Assembly: GCA_951406725.2 (NCBI GenBank)
Contig: OX597816.1
Location: forward strand, 44,516,001-44,580,000
Source of the DNA: Octopus vulgaris
Taxonomy: Eukaryota
Length of the DNA stretch: 64,000 bases
Direction of reading: 5' to 3'
Shown: positions 54,197 to 64,000 of the stretch, one piece after another
Layout: each line of letters starts with the position of its first letter
How positions within the stretch are numbered: position 1 is the stretch's first letter
Made by a program: the position numbers and the translations under genes
The notes under the pieces: model-generated
What the model was told of the DNA's origin: nothing
The model's database searches: none
The model's input: only the letters and a program-made list of their open reading frames with translations

Positions 54197-54249
<53 letters not shown>

Positions 54250-54257
54250 GTGCATAC

Positions 54258-55995
54258 TCATGAGATTTTAAAGCCAAGGTTCCTGAACAGCACTGAGTAT
54301 AGGGACACATAGTTTCGAAAACTTATAAGTATCTTTTTAATTCCTTTTTCTGTAATATTTATATTCTCATTTCTTGACTTATTTCTCTTTTCACTTTTTA
54401 AATCCTGTAACCAATCTCTTCCAGTATGTTGCATCTCCTTGCTCCAAACATCTGACCAAAAACTCTTTATTACTTCAGTATTTAGTACGTCATTCCTTTG
54501 ATGATAATTCTTATTGTTCATCTGTTAGTAAAGTCCCTTTGAATTGCTTCAGGTTCACTGATACTAATTCATTCATTCTTTTGATTCTGATACTAATTTA
54601 TTCATATCTAGCATATTTACTCGACTGTACCTTAATTATCTTCTCTTATCTCGTCATTAGCTACCCGTAATCCTCTATGTGTGATGTTATACTTCCTTCG
54701 GAGCTTATGATTATGTTTTTCTTCATCTGTTTTTTTTTATTCACAGCCAGTTTACTTCCAAGATCATAACTGAGCAACTCGCTCGATTCTCTTGACTCCT
54801 TTCAATCAACTCCAAGAATCTCTACAGCTACAGAGTCTACAAACTACATGAGGTAATTTACATCTGTTGCATTCTCACTCTTGAGTTATGCAAATACTTT
54901 ATTCAGAATCTTTACAGCATTTCATGGTTTTTCACTTTTGGTTCCTCTGAAGACTATTTTTTTTCTCTCGTTTAAAAGTCAAAGTTAGTTATGGCCTTCT
55001 TTTATAACATCTTATCTATCCATAAAATGAAACGTATTTTCGACTTCGCTACAACTTCTCTTCCTGTTGATAATTCACTGATATTTCTGGTATTTTCTTT
55101 TTCAATTCTTCCTCCTATTCAGCGAACGTCTTCATCATTCACTTTCCCGGCGAATCCTTCCACCCCCCAACTAGGATAGTCGTTGTTCTCTCACGAGTCG
55201 ATATTTTCCGTTCTTTGACAAGAAATGTGCTTCTCTCTATTCGTATTCTATGCTAACTTTACTAATTTTACATTAATAACATTATTTGGAAATTCTCCTA
55301 ATCACTGAAGCAGGAGTTGAATAATCATCAGGACCATCCTATTTCTTTATTGCCCACAAGGGGCTAAACATAGAGGGGACAAACAAGGACAGACAAACGG
55401 ATTGAGTCGATTACATCGACCCCAGTGCGTAACTGGAACTTAATTTATCGACCCTGAAAGGATGAAAGGCAAAGTCGACCTCGGCGGAATTTGAACTCAG
55501 AACGTAACGGCAGACGAAATACCTATTTCTATTTCTTTACTACCCACAAGGGGCTAAACACAAAGAGGACAAACAAGGAGATACAAACGGATTAAGTCGA
55601 TTACATCGACCCCAGTGTGTAACTGGTACTTATTTAATCGACCCCGAAAAGATGAAAGGCAAAGTCGACCTCGACGAAATTTGAACTCAGAACGTAGCGG
55701 CAGACGAAATACGGCTAAGCATTTCGCCCGGCGTGCTAACGTTTCTGCCAGCTCCCCGCCTGGACCATCCTGCTGAATAGTGAGATACTTGATTTGCAAA
55801 ATACCTTCACCAAAAAGATCTAGTCTTATTAACTCAGCTTGTTTTGGGTATAAAATTTAATACAACATTTATAAAGAATACACTGGCGTTAAGGAGACAT
55901 CGTATTTAGAGGAGTACCAATCTAAAGACCCTCCTCCGCTAGTGGCAAATCCATTCCTACTAGGGGCCAATCCGGTACAGTGTTGTCTTGAGATT
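54258..55995 (-). mobile_element. Old R4/Dong-like LINE remnant (pre-RT region), interrupted by a SINE
   Basis: EVIKSFWSDVWSKEMQH..DWLQDLKSE..ENINITEKGIKKIL..NY..GFK matches the pre-RT FW..IW...H...W...I.IT......NWKAPGPD..GFW motif. The upstream boundary at the (TAA)n near 55995 is inferred. Confidence 0.65.
55341..55761 (-). mobile_element. SINE family B dimer with TSD GGACCATCCT
   Basis: Direct repeats at 55331-55340 and 55762-55771. Confidence 0.92.
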
Positions 55996-56382
55996 ATTAT
56001 TATTATTGAAAGACGAGTGAAAGTTACAAAAATGGTAACTGCGGGTGGGTCCGCTCTAAGTATAGAACCGTGAATCGGATGGCAGGAAATAGAGAGCACA
56101 CGTATACCGTTTAAGAAGATCTTAATTGGTGGTTACTTCGATCATCCATAGCTATCCTTCTCTGTAAGGTGGATCACTACACAATCATCTTTTTTCTTGC
56201 TTTCATTTTACAGTAGTATACTATATATACACTACTTCTTTGTTTTATCGTATATCTTAAATACTTTTTCTTTTTTATTATTTCATTATATGCCAACACC
56301 CACACTTTATATTTGTTGTTCTATTGTCCCCCTTAACCGTCGCTCTGATGGCAAATAACAAAAATCATCATCATCATCATCA

Positions 56383-56461
<79 letters not shown>

Positions 56462-56984
56462 CATTATTATTATTATCATTATTATTATCGACACACATCT
56501 GTATACATTTTACATACATTTTACATGAATGTATACACACACACACATTTAAAAAAGGCAAACGTAGGTTAATATCTATTTCCAGAAGTTAGTGACTATA
56601 ATCACACTGATGAATGTATGTCTACGTACATACGTATGTATGTATGTATGTATGTATGTATGTATGTATGTATGTATGTATGTATGTATGTATTATGTAT
56701 GTATGTATGTATGTATGTATGCCTGTATGAATGTGTGCATGTGTGTATGCATGCTATGTGTGCATCTGAGGGAATGTATGTTTATAAATATATACATATA
56801 TATATATATACACATCCAAAACAATATACGTATTTGTATACAGATATATATTAATATATGTATACATATACATACGTGTATATATATATGTGTGTGTGTA
56901 TATATAAATATCTATATCTATACATATATATATATATTTATATATAAATATATATGTACATATATGCATGCATATATATATATA

Positions 56985-57045
<61 letters not shown>

Positions 57046-57508
57046 ATGTATGCAGGTATATGAATCCATACAAATTTATAAGGTAGCATTTAATATAATT
57101 ATAAGTTCTGCTATCTCTTTACCTTGACTATTCCATTGAATTATGCAGTTCGGACCTGACGTTTAGGATAAACTTAGTTGGGGATTATTACATGACGACC
57201 CGCTGCACGCAATCTTGGTTGATTTACAAATGACAACTGCATATATCTGTCTACTTATCTTTCAACTAAGCTTTCTGTGTCTCTGTTGTATCTAGAAAGT
57301 GAAGTATCCAACCACATGAGGCAAGATCTATGTGAATGTAACTATATTTACTCCAGTTTATCTGTCTGTCTCTTAACTTTTCTATCTCTGTTTCTTTAAC
57401 TCTTGATTTTTACCTGTTTATATTACCTGACTCATTACACCTTTCACCTACTCACGCTCAGATTTTCTCTTCTTTCCAGTCGCTCTCTTTTTCTCTCTGT
57501 TTGTGTAT

Positions 57509-57549
<41 letters not shown>

Positions 57550-57590
57550 GACACATAGATAGATAGATAGATAGAAAGATAGATAGATAT

Positions 57591-57684
<94 letters not shown>

Positions 57685-57834
57685 GGATAGATGTATGAAC
57701 GTATATATACATACTTATGTACACATATATGTATATCTATCTATCTATATATATATATATATACCGGAGTAAACACATAAATGTGAAACAAGGTGGAAAG
57801 AAGAGTACTCAAATACCAGTGGTAGAGTAATATG

Positions 57835-57988
57835 CTTTATTTAAAGCAGCAGAAAATTCAACAAAATCTGTTACTCTGAGTTTCTGGTTGCCGTTCATCA
57901 GACAGTTTTTGCAAAAACTGTCTGATGAACGGCAACGAGAAACTCAGAGTAACAGATTTTGTTGAATTTTCTGCTGCTTTAAATAAAG
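57835..57988. repeat. 154-bp palindrome (77-bp arms, no spacer, 1 mismatch)
   Basis: Centre GACAGTTTTTG|CAAAAACTGTC at 57911/57912. Confidence 0.95.
57913..57960 (+). ncRNA. Minimal type I hammerhead ribozyme-like motif, mirrored on the minus strand at 57863-57910
   Basis: Stem I AAAAACTGT/ACAGATTTT, core CTGATGA, stem II (A)CG-GCAA-CG(A), GAAA, stem III ACTC-A-GAGT, and a GUA triplet ending at 57951. Confidence 0.75.
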
Positions 57989-58004
57989 TACATATATATA
58001 TATA

Positions 58005-58596
58005 TTGTGAGAATTTGCAAAAACAAAAGATGAAGATAGGTGTATAAACAACAAACAGATGTATTAGTTTAACGCTCGGGAAGTATGAAAGTCTCTTACG
58101 TTTCGAGCCTACGCTCTTCGACAGAAAGGAGCGCAGAAATAAACAGGGAGAGAAAATGAGAACGGTATAGTGGCTAGCGATTTATCAAGGCAAATGCCGC
58201 ACAGAAGGGTCACACAGGTGAGCTAGGAAGAAGGGGAGATAATAAAGTAGTGGTGATCCCAAAACGAAGGTGCGCGTACGTGTGTATGTGGAAGCGTGTA
58301 CGTGCGTGTGAATGGGGGGCTGGTGACCATGACGTGTGCGTGTGTGAATGTGTAGGTGTGTGCTTGGAAGTGGACAGTGCTAGTATGTGCGGGGTGGTGC
58401 TATGTGGTGTGGTATAGTGGTGTGTAGTGTGGTGGTGTGTGATGTGGTGTGTGTTGTGGTGTGGTAGTGTTGGAGAGTTGTGGAAGCGAGAGTGGGGGAA
58501 GCTAGGGTGGAGTGTAAGGGATGGGGTGGGGTAGGATTGGATGTATAGGAATGGTGGGGTTGAAATGGTGTAGGGGTGGGGTAACGAAGGAGGGCT

Positions 58597-58600
<4 letters not shown>
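58005..58600 (-). mobile_element. Penelope-like terminal fragment with variant hammerhead (58092-58128) and GT-rich low-complexity body
   Basis: Minus strand reads CTTT-CTGTCGA-A-GAGC-GTAG-GCTC-GAAA-CGT-A-AGAG. Confidence 0.6.
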
Positions 58601-58644
<44 letters not shown>

Positions 58645-58734
58645 CACAGACACACACACACACATATGTACATAAGCATGTGTATATATATATACGTACA
58701 CACAAAAACAAACATGGATCCATAGATAAAAAAT

Positions 58735-59180
58735 GTTTCTGTGAGGTAAGAAACTTGCTTCCCAACCATATGTTTACTGGTTCAGCCCCACGGCATAGTA
58801 CATTGTGCAAGTGTCTTCTAATATAGCCTTGGACCAACTAAAGTCTTGTAAATGGATTTCGCAGGTGGAAACTAAAAGAATCCTGTCGCATACATGTATA
58901 CATGTGAGAATGTATATGCGTGTATGTATGTGTGTGTATGTGTGTGTGTGCGTGTGTGTGTGTGTGCGTCTTTTTGTCTGTATTTGTCCCGAGCACCACC
59001 ATTTGTGACATATGAAGTGGTTCCTTTCCTGTAACTAGCGCTTCTGCAAAAGTCACCCATAAAATAAGTACCAGATTTTGAAAAGAAATTATATACTGGC
59101 GTCGATACACTCGACTAAAGATTCCTGAAGTCTGTGCGCCAGCAACGAACTAATGATCGAAAGAAGGAAGCGATAAAATA
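58735..59180 (+). mobile_element. SINE family A, degenerate
   Basis: GGTAAGAAACTTGCTTCCCAACCATATG..GCAAGTGTCTTCT..internal (TG)n. Confidence 0.75.
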
Positions 59181-59182
59181 TA

Positions 59183-59400
59183 TTCTTTTCTACTCTAGGT
59201 ACAAGGCTCGAAATTTTGGGGGAGAGGGGGGGGGCAGTCGATTAGATCGACCCCAGTAGGCAACTGGTACTTAATTTGTCGACCTCGAAAAGATAAATAT
59301 ACAAAGATGACCTCGGTGGAATTTGAACTCACAATGTAAAGACAGACGAACTACTGAGAAGGATTTCGCTCGGCGTGCTAACGTTTCTCCCAGCTCAACT
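59183..59400 (-). mobile_element. SINE family B copy
   Basis: Family B sequence. Confidence 0.85.
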
Positions 59401-60175
59401 CCTTATAAAAGATATAGATGTTATATGCATGTATGTACGCTAGGCATTGTTTTTTGATTTGATTGGATTTGAGTTGATCTAGTTTCAGCTCATGAGCTGT
59501 AGCCATGCTGGGGCACCACCGTTTGGTGTTGCTACATACTTTTACTTCACTGATTCTTTTTAGAAATTTATATTTGGTGCATGTAGGTGTGTGCACTTTT
59601 GTGAGGCAGTGTCTTCTAAAATACAAAGCAAAGGCTCATTGTTGAAATATATGCATGTGCATGAGTGTGCATGTATAAATATACGTACCTATCTATCTAC
59701 CCCCTTTTTCTCTCTCGTTGTTTCTCTCTCTCTCTTTCTTTTTCTCTCTCTTTCTCTCTCTCTCTTTCTCTTTCTTTCTCCTTATATGCACACACACACA
59801 TATAAATATAATAGATAGATGGAGGGATGGAAACATACATATACGTACATATACATATATGTGTGTGTATGCATATATATATATATATATACATATATAA
59901 CATATTTATATATATATATATATATGTGTATATATATATATATATATAAATATGTATATATGTATATATATATATATATATATACACATATATATATACA
60001 TGTATACAGGCATACATATATATATATATATATATATATGAATATATACATATGAATGTATGTAGTCCGTACGTGCATATATACGTTCATTTGTCTGTCT
60101 TCCCTCTCTCTCTCTCTCTCTCTCTTTCACATTCTGTGTTTTTCTTTCTCTTTATTATATATCAATCAGTCTTTG

Positions 60176-60244
60176 GATTTTTGCTTCGTATTTTGCTCTA
60201 TACCTCTAGATTTTTGCTTCGTATTTTGCTCTATACCTCTAGAT
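60176..60244. repeat. Exact 33-bp tandem duplication
   Basis: GATTTTTGCTTCGTATTTTGCTCTATACCTCTA occurs twice. Confidence 0.9.
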
Positions 60245-61536
60245 ATACCTTTGTTAGTTTTCCAAGTTTTTTTTCCCCATCTGTCTCTCTATAGCCTATT
60301 GCCCATATATATATATATATCTCCAAAAAACATTGTTGCAAATGTGAGTAAAATAAACTAGAATAATGAATCTAATAGCCAACTAAAAGACAGCTGTAAG
60401 AGCGGTGTAGCCTGAAAACCTGTCTCCTTATTTTTCCGTACATTTTCTTTTTCTTTTCAGTCATCTTCCTCGTATTCTTAAATCAATTTCTTCTTCTTCT
60501 TCTCATCATCATCATCATCATCATCATGTAATTATTATTATTTTTTGTGTTATTGCTGTCATTGTTGCTGTTGTTTCACAAAGGTTTGTTAAATGATGGT
60601 AAATATATAACTGAAAACATGGCGTCTTGTAGTTGTTAAATAAGTCCGACTGCGTTGTGCGCTCAAATATCCCACCTGAATGTCAGCTTTAAACCTCATG
60701 AGTGTTCCAGTGGCGAGTTAGAGTTTTGAGCACATGATAGTAAAAATCAGGGATTCAATTCTCGTAGCAATTGGTGTGCTGTTTTCCTTGATAAGGGCAT
60801 TTATACCAGTCCCCTCAACTAAAAGGAAGTATCAACGGCAAGTGATGGCTGACTCTGTCAAGCCGTTTCCCCGCCATAGTGGCAATAGTTTAAATAGCAT
60901 CTCTGCCGGATTCCCTCTAAAGCTATAATAAACAACACAATTAGAAAACCAAGAGAAAATACTAAAACTAGACAACTGATCATGTTGCAGTACTGTATTC
61001 TAGTGAGTTTATGACTCATTGTTTATAATATGTCCCATAGCTATTTCTAATCGAAATAAGAACGATTTGCAATGAAATGAGCGTGTGGTGAATACAGCAG
61101 TACGTCTTGTAAAGGAGCAAGGCCTAGACTCTTTGCAGTTAAGGAAATTATTGATAATATTCATTCTCCGAACGAAGAGTTTACACTTATGCATGCAATC
61201 AGTGATTCTCAAGTATTGCCTGTGGACCCCTTTCATTTCCATTTTAATTTCATGGGCCCTTATACCTATTTGATGTTTAAAAGAATACTATTATATTTCT
61301 ATTATTAAATATTATTAGGAATTGTATAAAAAAATAAGTGTTACAATATTTTGTGCATTGTAGAAGTAGAAGTAATTTATTACAGGTAAGTTTTAACGTG
61401 AACATCTTATATGGAACACCAAAGTTCATATGGACCCCGATTGAGAATTACTGCTAGCGCTATAGTGATTCAAACAATCAAACTGTTGAAAGTGATGAGG
61501 AAAAATAGCGATTCCGGTGAACAAATACAGTAATTA

Positions 61537-61609
61537 TTTTCCATTCTACGCACATGGCACGAAATTTTGGGGTAGGGGGCTAGTCGATTAGATCAACCCC
61601 AGTACGCAA

Positions 61610-61669
<60 letters not shown>

Positions 61670-62782
61670 TGATAATAATAATAACAACAACACCATCGAA
61701 AAATACTTTAGGGATGAGAACCCAGTTTCAAAATGTCCCCAATATACTTGATGAAGGCTGGAGGGTATATCAACTGAAACGGTGTGTTAACAACAAACAA
61801 GACGAGGACAAATATCCGTCAAATATAAATAATGTAAATAATGTGCATCATTCCTCATCTCTTAAATATAGAACTGGTACTTAATTTATCGACCCCGAAA
61901 AGATGGAAGGCAAAGTCGATCTCGGCGGAATTTGAACTCAGAACGTTAAAGACAGACGAAATACCGCTAAGCATCTCGCCCGGTGTGCTAACGTTTCTTA
62001 TTTCTTTATTGCCCACAAGGGGCTAAATATAGAGGGGACAAACAAGGACATAGAAAGGGATTAAATCTATTACATCGTCCCTAGTTCGTAACTTGTACTT
62101 ATTTAATCGACTCCGAAAGTATGAAAGTCAAAGTTGACCTCGCGGAATTTGAACTCAGAACGTAACTGCAGACGAATTACCAATTTCTTTACTACCCACA
62201 GGGGGCTAAACACAAAGAGGACAAGGAAAGACATACAAACGGATTAAGTCTATTACATCGACCCTAGTGCGTAACTGTACTTATTTAATCGACCTCGAAA
62301 GGTATGAAAGTCAAAGTCGACCTCGGCGGAATTTGAACTCAGAACGTAACTGCAGACGAATTACCAATTTCTTTACTACCCACAGGGGCTAAACACAAAG
62401 AGGACAAGGAAAGACAGACAAACGGATTAAGTCGATTATATCGACCCCAGTGCGTAACTGCTCCTTAATTTATCGACCTCGAAAGGCTGAAAGGCAAAGT
62501 CGAACTCGGCGGAATTTGAACTCAGAACGTAACTGCAGACGAATTACCAATTTCTTTTTCTACCCACAAGGGGCTAAACACAGAGAGGACAAGGAAAGAC
62601 AGACAAACGGATTAAGTCGATTATATCGACCCCAGTGCGTTACTGCTCCTTAATTTATCGACCTCGAAAGGCTGAAAGGCAAAGTCGAACTCGGCGGAAT
62701 TTGAACTCAGAACGTAACGGCAGACGAAATATTGCTAAGCGTTTCGTCCGGCATGCTAACGTCTCTGCCAGCTCGCTGCCTT
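61537..62782 (-). mobile_element. Multimeric SINE family B (about 5 modules) with 18-bp TSD, interrupted at 61611-61871
   Basis: TGAACAAAT(A/G)CAGTAATT at ~61518 and ~62782; ~180-bp modules repeat. Confidence 0.9.
61611..61871 (+). mobile_element. (TAA)n-containing Penelope/retrozyme-like insert with decayed hammerhead (61741-61788)
   Basis: It splits the SINE motif GCAAC|TGGTACT and contains AATATAC-TTGATGA-A-GGCTG..CAACT-GAAAC-G-GTGTGTT. Confidence 0.6.
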
Positions 62783-63074
62783 GAACAAATGCAGTAATTG
62801 AGAGAAAGACCTATTATCATTATTCTCCTGAATTTTTTTTTCTTTCTATTAATTTGCTTACAATCGTTATAACTCTATATGTAACTATTTAGTTTTTTGC
62901 TCATAAGCTCAACTGGAGGGTAAAATTAGACGCAGGGTCCCAGGTCCGAGTGGGTAACTATGTCACACTTGGTGACCCGTTCAGGCGACTCTCTTGTAAT
63001 CTTTCTTGTCGCCCTAATGATCTAGAAACTGAGATTAGCTGTGGCTTATTGAAGATTAGAATATGTACAATATG

Positions 63075-63116
<42 letters not shown>

Positions 63117-63118
63117 TG

Positions 63119-63151
<33 letters not shown>

Positions 63152-63194
63152 CATTGTGTGCATGTACGTACATATACGTATGTGTGTATGCTTA

Positions 63195-63580
63195 CATCAA
63201 CTCCAGCATTTGACTGGTACTTATTTTATCTGTCGCGAAAGGATGAAAGGCAAAGTTAACCTCTATGGAAATTCCGATCACAACGTAACGACGGACGAAT
63301 TCCTGTAAGTAACGAAATTATATCCACCTGGTGTGCAAACGATTCTGCCAGCTCACCGCCTGAGACTTTGCAAATATTGCTTTCAAATTTTGGTACAAGG
63401 CCAGCAATTTTGGGGTTAAGTCGATTACATTGAACCCAGCGCTCAGCTGGTACTTATTTGATGGACTCCGAAAGGATCGAAGGCAAAGACGACCTCGGCT
63501 GAATTTGAACTCAGAATGACGGACGAAATGCTGCTAAGCATTTGGCTTGGCGTATTAACGGTTCAACCAGCTCACCGCGT
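63195..63580 (-). mobile_element. Two degenerate SINE family B copies
   Basis: Family B sequence; the second copy is flanked by AGACTTT(G/T)CAAATATT. Confidence 0.8.
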
Positions 63581-63833
63581 TAGACTTTTCAAATATTAAA
63601 ATCTAAGTCCTTCTCATGCACGACGTGCTGTGCATAAAATATGTAGCTTAATTGATGACGAACCGTCAAGAAAATCATAAATGAAGATTAAGCTATCCGC
63701 TATGTTGACAGCTTAATTCACTACTGATTTTATAAGAGCTGAATGTTCTAAGCCATAGAATACGGAATAAAACTGTAATTTTTTAAAAATCTTTACAGAA
63801 ACTATTTAACGGTCCACTAGGAGTGTCCATTGT

Positions 63834-64000
63834 GGAGGCGCAATGGCCCAGTGGTTAGGGCAGCGGACTCGCGGTCCTAGGAACGCGGTTTCGATTCCCA
63901 GACCGGGCGTTGTGAGTGTTTATTGAGTGAAAACACCTAAAAGCTCCACCAGGCTCCGGCAGGGGATGGTGGTGATCCCTGCTGTACTCTTTCACCGCAA
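63834..64000 (+). mobile_element. tRNA-derived SINE family D, 5' part (runs off window)
   Basis: A box TGGCCCAGTGG and B box GTTTCGATTCC. It continues into a body shared with 52790-53140 rather than a tRNA acceptor stem and terminator. Confidence 0.8.

Noticed and set aside
63834-63910. Possible tRNA gene
   Set aside because: A and B boxes are present, but I see no proper cloverleaf or poly-T terminator, and it continues into a SINE body also seen near 53100.

Overview
This is AT-rich, microsatellite-dense eukaryotic DNA that looks intronic or intergenic. The SINE families and repeat style suggest an octopus (coleoid cephalopod) genome; that is an inference, not a database result. I found no intact host protein-coding gene, and most ORFs in the track are microsatellite artefacts. 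Recognisable content: (1) a full-length but dead mariner (DD34D) with TIRs and TA TSD, plus older mariner and maT-like remnants; (2) a 5'-truncated R4/Dong-clade RLE LINE in a co-oriented pile-up of (TAA)n-tailed retroelements, and a second older Dong-like remnant; (3) a CR1 3' end; (4) a Penelope GIY-YIG remnant; (5) about 30 tRNA-derived SINE copies or fragments from at least four families, many with clear TSDs. The most interesting signals are a near-perfect 154-bp palindrome carrying a minimal type I hammerhead ribozyme on each strand, several other variant hammerhead-like motifs and long fold-backs, a degenerate 5S-rRNA head fused to a SINE 3' tail (candidate SINE3), and a SINE-free first ~16.8 kb. 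Coordinates were read by eye and may be off by a few bases.
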